Below are positions 16,948 to 25,017 of a stretch of DNA of 64,000 nucleotides, piece after piece. Location: positions 186,001 to 250,000 of IMG/VR virus record IMGVR_UViG_3300035182_002586; one strand, written 5' to 3'. Position 1 is the stretch's first letter, and the number at the start of each line of letters is the position of its first letter. Made by a program: the position numbers and the translations under genes. Under the pieces are notes generated by a model. The model made no database searches. It saw only the letters and a list, made by a program, of their open reading frames with translations, and was not told the origin of the DNA.

Positions 16948-18396
16948 CTACTTCGCACTGTACTTCCGAAAGAAGTCGGGGTCTTTGAGGGCAAGGGACA
17001 CCATCTTCGCGCCGAGACGGGAGAGGGCGTGGTCGAACTCGTCCGTCAGATGCCCCCCGTACTCGTGCGACAGCTCGTGGATCAGGAGGTCGTTCACCTC
17101 TTCGGTCGCCCCCCGCTCGAACCACTTCTTGCCGAGGCGGTCGTGATTGAACGTGAGCTGCGCGCCGCCGTAGTTCGCGGCCCACCGGTCCGTCATGCGC
17201 CCTCGCTCGAAGTGCACGTCGACGGAACGGCCGAGGAGCTTCCACGCCAGCTCGTGGGCGTAGGTCGCCAGGTTCGTCATCCCGGGGGTCCACTCGGACT
17301 CGGGGATGTAGCGAGCGTCCCTCGCATCCGGGTCGTTGCTGTAAGGCTTCGGCGTAGGCGCGATGCGCCCCGAGGGAAGGGTAGCGCCAGTGCTACGGAT
17401 GTTCCTCCAGGCGTCCTTCGAGAACGTTCCGCCGGGGATCACTGTGTACCCGTCGGCCACGAGGCGGCGATTCGCCTCCGGATCCGTGGGGTCGAAGATG
17501 GCGCGCTTCTCCCCAAACTGGTGGGTGAGCACCGTGTCCACGGCTTCGGCGACGACACGCTCATCCGCGAGTGCTTCCTGGATCGCCGGGAGTGCGGCCT
17601 GGTCGGGCCGAAGGGTCTCGTGTATCTCGTTCAGCACGAGGACCGCCAGCTCCCGCGCATAGGCGGGAGTCACGTTGTCCCGATCCGAGTTGAGAGGGAT
17701 CTTCTGCATGACCTCGACCGTCCACGGGAGGTCAGTCTCGACGACGGGGATCCCCATCTCGTAGATACGCGAGACGTTATCGATCGGCTCGTACACACGG
17801 ATGGTGGTCTTGCGCGCCGTCTTGCGCAGGTAGCCTTCCGCGTCAGCGATCTCCGTGGGCAACGTGGCCTCGAACGTCCGAAGAGGGGTCCGGATGGGGA
17901 TGACTTCGTTGTTCAGCGTCGTGGGGACCGGAGGAAGCAGCAGCTTCGCGGCCCGGATCACTTGCGCGTACTCGTCGCGCGTCATGCGCAACACGCAGTA
18001 GAAGATAGAGCCTCGTTCGAGATGGTTCCGAACAGGGCGCCGGCCGTTCTTGTCGAAGGCGAAGCCCCCCTTGGTCGAGAGGACCTCGGCCTTCTCGCAT
18101 GCGGCGAGCACGAGCTTCTCGCCGAGGTTGAAACGCCCTCGCTTCGTGGGGTCGCTTTTCTTGTTCGATTCCGCGTACAGCGTGAACGCGTGCGTCAGGT
18201 CCGCGAAGCCATCCGGGTCGTCGTCCTCGACGAGCATCGTCACGAGAGGGCGCCCCTCGACAGGCTCCATCTTCACCGTGACTTTGCTGGTCTTGGTGTC
18301 CCACGCGTTCTGGACCAGCTCGTAGAGGATGAACTCCATCCCCTTACGCTTGAGCAACTTGGCCAGACCCTCACGGTCAACTTCGAACCAACCCAT
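16948..18396 (-). CDS. GHKL-family ATPase with C-terminal HExxH (zincin-like) motif
   Basis: ELVQNAWD (N box), VEDDDPDG (G1), GRFNLGEK (G2); C-terminal LLIHELSH...H...F. Confidence 0.8.
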   Translation of the reverse strand: MGWFEVDREGLAKLLKRKGMEFILYELVQNAWDTKTSKVTVKMEPVEGRPLVTMLVEDDDPDGFADLTHAFTLYAESNKKSDPTKRGRFNLGEKLVLAACEKAEVLSTKGGFAFDKNGRRPVRNHLERGSIFYCVLRMTRDEYAQVIRAAKLLLPPVPTTLNNEVIPIRTPLRTFEATLPTEIADAEGYLRKTARKTTIRVYEPIDNVSRIYEMGIPVVETDLPWTVEVMQKIPLNSDRDNVTPAYARELAVLVLNEIHETLRPDQAALPAIQEALADERVVAEAVDTVLTHQFGEKRAIFDPTDPEANRRLVADGYTVIPGGTFSKDAWRNIRSTGATLPSGRIAPTPKPYSNDPDARDARYIPESEWTPGMTNLATYAHELAWKLLGRSVDVHFERGRMTDRWAANYGGAQLTFNHDRLGKKWFERGATEEVNDLLIHELSHEYGGHLTDEFDHALSRLGAKMVSLALKDPDFFRKYSAK

Positions 18397-18438
18397 GGAT
18401 CCTCCTACACCGCGGGGGCAGCGAAGCCTCCCGTACCC

Positions 18439-18470
18439 CCTCTACAACGTGACCTTGGGGGTGATCCATC
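18439..18470 (-). promoter_or_regulatory. promoter motif A (GATGGATC-N18-TAGAGG)
   Basis: 18-nt spacer; a GGTGTA motif follows at 18406-18411. Confidence 0.65.
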
Positions 18471-18555
18471 GGCGTAGGGGGACGTAGGGATCAACGCGAC
18501 AGTTTGCGTCTACCGTCGCGGTTCGCGGATCTTCCGATGGAGACGCAAGAGTGAG

Positions 18556-19191
18556 ATGTCAGATTGGACGAGCCTCATCCAGAACGCCGTCGCGGGCCTC
18601 ATCACTGGGGGTGCCGGGGCGACGAGCACATTCCTCGCTGTTTTCAAGGACATCAAGAAGCGCCTGGACAGCGTGGAGAAGACTGTAGGGTCAGCCGGAT
18701 CCTCCATCGAACCCCGCACTGGCTTCTTCTTGCTCCTCGGGCAGCTCACCGAGGCCATGGACAAGGCCAACGAGGAGATCCGGAAGCTCCGTCGAGGGTT
18801 CGACAACCTCGAAGACGACCCCCCGGATTGGTTCACCCGCGCGATGAACCGTCGTCCGAGCTACGCGCCGGACCACTCACAGGACTACGAACGGATCGAG
18901 AAGATCGCGAAGAGCGCTCTCGACCGAGCGAAGCAGGTCGAGAGCGAAGTCGAGGAGATGCGCAAGGACGTGGACCGTATGAGCCGCGACTTCGTGAGTC
19001 AAGACAGCTTCGACCACGACTCCGCGAAGCGTCTCGAAGACATCCGGAAGCTCCAGGAGAACCTGTCCACCGTGAACGGGTTCCTCCGTGGAGTCATGGC
19101 GACCCTCGGGTACATCGACACACCGCCTCAGCCGCCGCCTCAGCCTCAGCCTCAGCCCACGACCCCGCAGCTTCCTCCGAGGAGAAAGTGA
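18556..19191 (+). CDS. hypothetical protein with N-terminal hydrophobic segment and coiled coil
   Basis: 211 aa with good codon bias; C-terminal PQ repeat. Confidence 0.75.
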   Translation: MSDWTSLIQNAVAGLITGGAGATSTFLAVFKDIKKRLDSVEKTVGSAGSSIEPRTGFFLLLGQLTEAMDKANEEIRKLRRGFDNLEDDPPDWFTRAMNRRPSYAPDHSQDYERIEKIAKSALDRAKQVESEVEEMRKDVDRMSRDFVSQDSFDHDSAKRLEDIRKLQENLSTVNGFLRGVMATLGYIDTPPQPPPQPQPQPTTPQLPPRRK

Positions 19192-19193
19192 TC

Positions 19194-19451
19194 ATGAGCG
19201 CCAAGGAAGAGAACGACGCAATGCAGAAGCTCGCAGACGAGTCGGCCAAGACCGTCGAGTTGAGCCGCAAGTTCCACGAGGCGATCCGGAAGAGCGGGCC
19301 CCCGCCGAAGCGGGACAAGGACAGCACCCCGGTGCGTATCGCACCGCTCTACACGCCCTCGCCCATGATGTCCCCTTTCGCGAACGCAGCCGCAGCCGCA
19401 GCCCTGCTCGCGGACACCGCCGCAGCCGTCGCTGTGGTCGCGAAGAAGTAG
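19194..19451 (+). CDS. hypothetical protein with Ala-rich C-terminus
   Basis: ATG 19194 with GGAG SD just after the upstream stop. Confidence 0.6.
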   Translation: MSAKEENDAMQKLADESAKTVELSRKFHEAIRKSGPPPKRDKDSTPVRIAPLYTPSPMMSPFANAAAAAALLADTAAAVAVVAKK

Positions 19452-19508
19452 TCGCCGCTTCTCCCCTCCCCTAGGCCCGGAGGCCAGCAGCCTCCGGGGT
19501 GAAGACCC

Positions 19509-19976
19509 ATGTACTCGAACGCGAACCAGATCATCCCGAACTTGTGGCAGGGAGCTGCACCCCCCGTCGGGGGCACGATCGCAGCCGCCGGGTTCACGAT
19601 GCTGGTGTTGTGCGCGCAAGAGTACCAGCCCGCAGCCGTTTACTTTCCTGGGGTCGAGGTGGTCCACGCCGCCAACGATGACAACTTCGAGGCGGTGACA
19701 CGAGAGCAGGCTGCCACCGCCCTTGCGGCCGCACGTCGGGTCGATGCAGCTCTCCGGCAAGGTCAGAAGGTCCTCGTCACGTGTCGCATGGGCCTCAACC
19801 GGTCGGGTCTCGTGACCGGGATCGCGCTCCACTTGTTTACGGGCCTCCCCGGTGTGGTCTGCGTCCGGAAGATTCGCCAGGCTCGACGCGGTGCGCTTGG
19901 AAACCCCATCTTCCGCGCGATGATCGGCCGTCTCGGGGCCGTGCAGCAGACCGACGACTGGTTCGAGGGGTACTAG
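19509..19976 (+). CDS. dual-specificity/tyrosine protein phosphatase
   Basis: IIPNLWQG, DD loop, VLVTCRMGLNRSG (CX5R), IRQAR...NP.F. Confidence 0.9.
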   Translation: MYSNANQIIPNLWQGAAPPVGGTIAAAGFTMLVLCAQEYQPAAVYFPGVEVVHAANDDNFEAVTREQAATALAAARRVDAALRQGQKVLVTCRMGLNRSGLVTGIALHLFTGLPGVVCVRKIRQARRGALGNPIFRAMIGRLGAVQQTDDWFEGY

Positions 19977-19989
19977 CGCAGACCCTCTG

Positions 19990-20021
19990 GATGGATCATG
20001 ATACCCCTCCCATTGTAGAGA
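19990..20021 (+). promoter_or_regulatory. promoter motif A (GATGGATC-N18-TAGAGA), leaderless geometry
   Basis: 18-nt spacer; the hexamer ends 5 nt before ATG 20027. Confidence 0.6.
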
Positions 20022-20026
20022 GTGTC

Positions 20027-20194
20027 ATGTCCCGCAAGAACAAGGTCGAGATCATCAAGGTCGAAGAGCCCACGCCCCGCAGCGCCGTGGCGCTCGCGAT
20101 GCAGCGCCGCTACGGCTACGGCGTGAAGATCTTCAAGGATCGCCGCGCCCCCCGCGGCGGCGCCAAGCGCCAGGATCACCACGAGGGTTGGTGA
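20027..20194 (+). CDS. small basic hypothetical protein (55 aa)
   Basis: Very strong GC3 bias, own promoter motif, KDRRAPRGG motif. Confidence 0.7.
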   Translation: MSRKNKVEIIKVEEPTPRSAVALAMQRRYGYGVKIFKDRRAPRGGAKRQDHHEGW

Positions 20195-20217
20195 TTGGCT
20201 CGGGTGGTGTAACTGAA

Positions 20218-20258
20218 AGGGCTCCACGGCGACGAACCAAGCGCCACCATGGAGCCTT
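20218..20258. terminator. inverted repeat between convergent genes
   Basis: GGCTCCA / TGGAGCC stem, extendable with G-U and A-U pairs. Confidence 0.4.
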
Positions 20259-20261
20259 CGG

Positions 20262-20459
20262 TCATTTCTCCGGCGTAGGAAGCGTCGGATCCGACGGATC
20301 CGACGGCAGCTTCTTGACCTCCAGACGCGCGATCTTCCAGGCGCGCTGAACGACCCAAGACAGGGATCGGTCGAGTCTGGCCGCCTCGTCCTTGATCTCC
20401 TGGAGGGTCTCCTCCGGGAAGTAGAGTGACTGCTTCCTTTTATCCGTCGTGTTGTTCAT
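20262..20459 (-). CDS. TIGR04563 (MXAN_4361/MXAN_4362) family small protein, ribbon-helix-helix-like
   Basis: TDKRKQSLYFPEETLQEIKDEAARLDRSLSWVVQRAWKIAR closely matches the myxobacterial family consensus as I recall it. Confidence 0.85.
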   Translation of the reverse strand: MNNTTDKRKQSLYFPEETLQEIKDEAARLDRSLSWVVQRAWKIARLEVKKLPSDPSDPTLPTPEK

Positions 20460-21000
20460 GGAGAAGACCTGCTTCACTTGTGGGGTGTATAAGGACACTT
20501 CCGACTTCTATCGGGACAAGTCCAAGAGTGACGGCCTCAGCTATCAGTGCAAGGGTTGCACTTCGATACGGGTCAAGCAGCGCAACTGGAGACCGTCAAA
20601 GATTTGTTTGGAGAGTGGGTGTGCTAAAGTAGCTAGACGTAGAGGGCTGTGTCCTAAACACTTTCATCGTAAGTTCGTGAACCCAGACTATCTGCGGCGG
20701 CGAGAGGGTGGGACAATCACACCGGATGGGTACATTGTCATTGTTCGAAAGGGTCATCCTAACGCGACGACCAACGGAGGCATTCTAGAGCACCGGTGGG
20801 TGATGTCGGAGTTCCTGGAGCGTCCCCTGCGAGACAATGAGTACGTACACCACAAGAACGGAGTTCGAGACGACAACCGTTTGGAGAACCTGGAGTTGTG
20901 GTGTTCGTCACAACCTCCGGGGCAACGCGTCACCGATCTCCTCGCATGGGCTCGTGAGATCCTGAGTGTGTATGCAGGGGACGAGCTAAAAGTAACCTGA
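20458..21000 (+). CDS. HNH endonuclease with N-terminal Zn motifs
   Basis: CFTC...CKGC, C...GC...GLCPKH, EHRWVM...E.VHHKNGVRDDNRLENLEL; lower GC than neighbours. Confidence 0.9.
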   Translation: MEKTCFTCGVYKDTSDFYRDKSKSDGLSYQCKGCTSIRVKQRNWRPSKICLESGCAKVARRRGLCPKHFHRKFVNPDYLRRREGGTITPDGYIVIVRKGHPNATTNGGILEHRWVMSEFLERPLRDNEYVHHKNGVRDDNRLENLELWCSSQPPGQRVTDLLAWAREILSVYAGDELKVT

Positions 21001-21002
21001 CC

Positions 21003-21779
21003 ATGCCTCGCACAATCGTCTTCGGTGACATCCACGGAATGCTCGACGAGCTACGTCGACTGATCGACGCACTCAAGGTCGAACAGGAGGATCGTCTTGT
21101 CTTCCTCGGAGACCTCATCGACAAGGGCCCGGACTCGCAGGGTGTTGTCCAATTCGTCCGTGAGAACGGGTGGAAGTGTCTCAAAGGCAACCATGAGGAG
21201 ACGGCTCTGCGCTGGCTTCGGCACGAGGAGAAGCACGCTGCGAACCCGAAGTACGAGAACCCGATGAAGATCGGGCCGGACCGGTTCGCACCCTGGCTGA
21301 CCCTCAAGCCCGAGGACGTGGCCTGGCTGCGCACGCTCCCCGTCACCGCCGACCTCGGGGGCGGCACCATCGCGGTGCACGCGGGCTTCATGCCGCGCAT
21401 CCCGATCGACAAGCAGGAGAAGAATCACATCCTGCGGTTGCGGTGGGTCGACGACACCACAGGTAAGCCTGTGCCCATGGACCGCTCCCCCGACGGCATC
21501 AAAGTACCCGAGGGCACCCATCCGTGGATGGAGGTCTGGGACGGCCCTCAGGGGGTCGTCTACGGGCACGTCGTCCACACCCTCGACGTGCCCCGGGTAG
21601 ACATCCGACCCGGTGGGGTCAGAGCGTGGTGTTACGGCATCGACACCGGAGGCGTCCACGGAGGGCGGCTCACGGCCCTCGTCTTCGCAGACGAGACCTC
21701 GGCCCCGCAGATCGTCCAGGTCAACGCTGATCGGGTCTACGTGCCGTTCGGCATCCACGGAAACGGCAAGATGGACTGA
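21003..21779 (+). CDS. calcineurin-like metallophosphoesterase (PPP / PrpE-ApaH-like)
   Basis: GDIHG, GDLIDKG, GNHE, VHAG, YGH, IDTG...G.LTA. Confidence 0.92.
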   Translation: MPRTIVFGDIHGMLDELRRLIDALKVEQEDRLVFLGDLIDKGPDSQGVVQFVRENGWKCLKGNHEETALRWLRHEEKHAANPKYENPMKIGPDRFAPWLTLKPEDVAWLRTLPVTADLGGGTIAVHAGFMPRIPIDKQEKNHILRLRWVDDTTGKPVPMDRSPDGIKVPEGTHPWMEVWDGPQGVVYGHVVHTLDVPRVDIRPGGVRAWCYGIDTGGVHGGRLTALVFADETSAPQIVQVNADRVYVPFGIHGNGKMD

Positions 21780-21791
21780 TCCTGCGTGGGG

Positions 21792-22205
21792 TCAATCCAT
21801 CTTCTGCCTTGGGAAGGTCCTCTGGATCACGTGCACGTGATCTGTGGTAACTCCCATCATCTCGCGGATGATGTTGATCGCAAGCCCCGCGTTGAAGTCC
21901 TTACACGAGAAAGCGTCAAGGCTGAACTTGTTCTGGAGGGGCCATGCGTGGAGCGACAGGTGACTCGTCGAGATCACCTGGATCGACGAAATGCCGCCCT
22001 CATCCTCGAACGTCCCCGTGCGCTTGACGCGTTCGAGTACTTCTGGATCTACCGGGACTTCGTACACTTGCGCCTTGTCGAGGGGCTTCATTTCCAACGC
22101 CTCGACGATCTTCGCGAACAGGTCTTCCAAACGCTCGCGCGTGAAGACCGACGAATCCGCTACGTACGCGTCCATGACGAGGTGGAGCCCGGCCGAGTCT
22201 TTCAT
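21792..22205 (-). CDS. speD: pyruvoyl-dependent S-adenosylmethionine decarboxylase family proenzyme
   Basis: GLHLVMD...GGIS...ISTSHLSLHAWP....SLDAFSCK. Confidence 0.85.
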   Translation of the reverse strand: MKDSAGLHLVMDAYVADSSVFTRERLEDLFAKIVEALEMKPLDKAQVYEVPVDPEVLERVKRTGTFEDEGGISSIQVISTSHLSLHAWPLQNKFSLDAFSCKDFNAGLAINIIREMMGVTTDHVHVIQRTFPRQKMD

Positions 22206-22903
22206 TGAGAGTCTTCCTTTTCCGTACGCGCACGTTTGGCAGCGGCGACTTTAGCCCCGTGGCCCGGAGGCTTAGGGCGTCCCCGTTGATAAGCTCCGAT
22301 CTTCTCTCGGTGTTCATCGGACAACTTCCGCCCCAACATCTTGCCCTTCATCGCAGCAGCGATCTTGGCTCGATGTTCCTCGGACTTTGGTTGCCCTCGT
22401 CGGGCCTGGCTCATTGCAGCTCGACGCTCAGCAGAAAATGGTACGCCTCGGTGTGCCTCAATCAGACTTGTTACATGTTCCACTTGTGCAGGAGATCGAG
22501 GCTTCCCGCGTTGCGCGGCTCCGATCCTCTCCCGATGCGTGGGGGTCAGGGGCTTCCCTTTTAGAGCAGCCGACACCTTTGCCCGACTCTCAGCAGAGAG
22601 AGTCTTACCCCCTCGTCCTCCGCTCTCTATGTTGTACCCAAACTCCGGTTGGTCCGACTTGAAGTAAGACACCCAGTAGCGCTCTCGCTCGTAGGCCGCA
22701 TCCTCAGTGATACACCACTCAAGAACCTTGAACTCAAATTCACTCTGCCCGTACTTCTTTAGAGCACGGCCAATGCAAGTCTCTGGGCAGGTCCGTCGTG
22801 CATCTGTGTGATGAGCACGCCACCGTGTTACGGCGTGATTCGCCTTGCCCACGTAGCGTTTACCAGACGCGCAGTGAGTAATTACGTAGACACAAGGCTT
22901 CAT
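22202..22903 (-). CDS. GIY-YIG homing endonuclease with NUMOD3 repeats
   Basis: VYVIT...YVGKA...RW..H, RALKKYG..EF, GYN...GG, repeated SxEHRxKIxxAxxG. Confidence 0.9.
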   Translation of the reverse strand: MKPCVYVITHCASGKRYVGKANHAVTRWRAHHTDARRTCPETCIGRALKKYGQSEFEFKVLEWCITEDAAYERERYWVSYFKSDQPEFGYNIESGGRGGKTLSAESRAKVSAALKGKPLTPTHRERIGAAQRGKPRSPAQVEHVTSLIEAHRGVPFSAERRAAMSQARRGQPKSEEHRAKIAAAMKGKMLGRKLSDEHREKIGAYQRGRPKPPGHGAKVAAAKRARTEKEDSQ

Positions 22904-22906
22904 GTC

Positions 22907-23530
22907 TCACCAGAAAGCGAAGTTGGCCCCAATGAATGGGTTGGAGCGCAGCTCGGAGAACGTTACGGCGTAGCCGAGATACAACCCGAAGTTTCTGGTG
23001 AGGTCGAGACCAACGCCAGCCCCGAACGACCGGATCCCCACGGCAACGTTGAAGTTCAACGAACGATAGAAAAACGGTTCGACCAGTACACCGACGTCCA
23101 CGGCGTCTGACCACGGGCTGCGCTTGAACGCGTCGAGCCCGAGGACCCCCATGGACGCCTTCACCCGGAAGCGGAACCCGTAGTCCGGCTCCACGTGCTG
23201 TGCAGCGACGATCTTCATGTTCCCGGAGCCGTCGACGCTGTACCCGCACCACGACATATGGAGCTTCCACGGCACGGGCTCTGAGCCGCTCCCGTAGATG
23301 CGGCTGTCCTTGTCCACCACGATGGTGATGGGGTCCACGGTGAAGGTCGGCTTCTCCGTCTGAAGGCAGTGCTTCTCCTTGAGGACCTTCACGAACACGT
23401 CCATGTCCTCTTTGGGCACGCACGTGGACCCCGCAGCGCAAGCTGTGGGCGTGGCAGGGTCACTCGCCCACGCGGCCGAAGAAGTCAGAAGGGCGAGAGC
23501 CGTTACGAGAACGGCTAGGGCGTGACGCAT
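22907..23530 (-). CDS. exported protein with C-terminal amphipathic beta-strands (outer-membrane protein-like)
   Basis: Signal peptide (AWA cleavage), 4 Cys, alternating strands ending GANFAFW with a terminal aromatic residue. Confidence 0.65.
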   Translation of the reverse strand: MRHALAVLVTALALLTSSAAWASDPATPTACAAGSTCVPKEDMDVFVKVLKEKHCLQTEKPTFTVDPITIVVDKDSRIYGSGSEPVPWKLHMSWCGYSVDGSGNMKIVAAQHVEPDYGFRFRVKASMGVLGLDAFKRSPWSDAVDVGVLVEPFFYRSLNFNVAVGIRSFGAGVGLDLTRNFGLYLGYAVTFSELRSNPFIGANFAFW

Positions 23531-23545
23531 GGGGAAGCCTCCCGT

Positions 23546-24454
23546 CTACTTGAATTCGCGGGCGAGGTGGTCGAGCCCGTCGACGAGTGCCCGCGTCTCT
23601 TTCTCGACGCGAAGAATGCCGTCGAGGGCCTTCTTGAGGTGGTCCGCGTGGGCCTTGGCAGCGTGGTCGCCTCCGTGGGCCATCATCGCGACCTCGGACT
23701 GGATGCCCTTGAGGAACTGCTCGCTCTGGTGAGTGCGAGCAAGAGCCTCGTTCATCCACTGGTGCACGTCACGGATGCGGTTCATGACCGAGCTGCCGGC
23801 GTACCGGCGCATCACGCGGACGGGCATCATGTCGGAGGCCGTCTTCACGTCCGCCATCCACGCCTTCGTCTCGCTCACGGTCTCCTGGATGAAGGACATG
23901 ATGCGGTTGGCTTCGTGGAGGATGTTCGCCTTCTCGAAGTCTTTGACGATCTCGTCCGCCATCTCGGCGACCGCGTAGAACGCATCACCCTTCTGCTTGA
24001 GACCGGGCCTGCGCTGATAGTTCTTCGGCAGGAAGCCGCGAGCCTCTTGACCCATGAGGCGCATCATGTTGAGGGCCGTCTGGAGCTTGCGCGTCGCCTC
24101 CTGCATGTCCTTCAGCGACAGCTCGGCGAGAGGTTCGAGCCGGTTCACGGCTGCCGTGCGCTGAGAGGACAGTTTCGGCATGGGAGCCATCTCCGGAGGC
24201 GGGTTGCACTGGTAGCACGAGTCAACGTACTCGGTGCGCTTCGGGCCCTTGCACCGGCACTGCATGGTGTTGCCGCAGGCTAGGCAGATCTTGTTCGTGT
24301 GCTCGTGGACGGGCGCCGGGACGACCTTGTGTTCCTCGCCGGGCTTGCACCTCTCGCACGAGTCCACGTAGACCACGGGGGTCTCGCCGTAGCACTTGCA
24401 CTGCTCGACGATGGCTCGGCAGGTGTTGCACAGGACGTGGTAGTGCCCGTCCAT
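23546..24454 (-). CDS. hypothetical protein with duplicated Cys-rich N-terminal motif
   Basis: Two copies of CxxC...QCxC.G....YVDSCxxC, then a helical region. Confidence 0.75.
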   Translation of the reverse strand: MDGHYHVLCNTCRAIVEQCKCYGETPVVYVDSCERCKPGEEHKVVPAPVHEHTNKICLACGNTMQCRCKGPKRTEYVDSCYQCNPPPEMAPMPKLSSQRTAAVNRLEPLAELSLKDMQEATRKLQTALNMMRLMGQEARGFLPKNYQRRPGLKQKGDAFYAVAEMADEIVKDFEKANILHEANRIMSFIQETVSETKAWMADVKTASDMMPVRVMRRYAGSSVMNRIRDVHQWMNEALARTHQSEQFLKGIQSEVAMMAHGGDHAAKAHADHLKKALDGILRVEKETRALVDGLDHLAREFK

Positions 24455-24456
24455 GA

Positions 24457-25014
24457 TCAACTCCCGCCGTACTTCTTGAGGAGGTCGTCGACGTGCTGAG
24501 CGGAGACCCCGGAGTTGTCCTTCACGGTCACCGCGATCACGTCAGGCTTCACGACGATCACCTTGTCCACGTCTTTGTTCTTCACCCCGTCCGGAAGCTG
24601 CACCTCGACGGGCTTGTCAGAACCCGGAGGCGTGAACGTCACCGTACTCGGGTTCGAGAAGAGTCCTGGGTTCTGGATCGGTACGACCACTGCCTGTGTG
24701 TCCCCCTTCGAGTCGGGGACGCCCACCGGGATGATCTTGCCGTCCTTGTCGACGCGGTTCGGAGGGACGGAGTTGGCAACGTCGATGACGGTCGCCTCCG
24801 GGTCCTTCTTGCCTAGCAGACGAGCCAGCCAGCCACCGATCTGTAGCTCTTTCAGCCCCATCGTGAGCAGGAGCCCTGCCAGGATGATGAGGACGATGGC
24901 CACGATGAGCCCCACGCCGGGAGCCAAGAGCTTCGTGCCGACCCACTTGAGGACGGCCTTCGTCTTCTCCCACGCCGTCGCCCAGAACGAGGGGCTCTCC
25001 TGAGTGTCAGCCAC
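24457..25014 (-). CDS. N-terminally anchored membrane protein (i-spanin-like topology)
   Basis: One long TM (GVGLIVAIVLIILAGLLLTMGL), then a Pro/Val-rich domain; directly downstream of the holin-like gene. Confidence 0.6.
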   Translation of the reverse strand: MADTQESPSFWATAWEKTKAVLKWVGTKLLAPGVGLIVAIVLIILAGLLLTMGLKELQIGGWLARLLGKKDPEATVIDVANSVPPNRVDKDGKIIPVGVPDSKGDTQAVVVPIQNPGLFSNPSTVTFTPPGSDKPVEVQLPDGVKNKDVDKVIVVKPDVIAVTVKDNSGVSAQHVDDLLKKYGGS

Positions 25015-25017
25015 GGC

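Noticed and set aside
19126-19440. CCTCAG and GCAGCC short tandem repeats
   Set aside because: They encode low-complexity PQ and poly-Ala tails in frame, with no sign of phase variation.
20198-20260. GCTCGGGTGGTGTAACTG resembles a tRNA 5' end
   Set aside because: There is no D-loop GG, no T-arm GTTCRA and no matching acceptor 3' strand.
14284-21799. Shared 11-mer GGGTCAATCCA near 14284 and 21789
   Set aside because: The second copy is simply the speD stop-codon context; two copies are compatible with chance.
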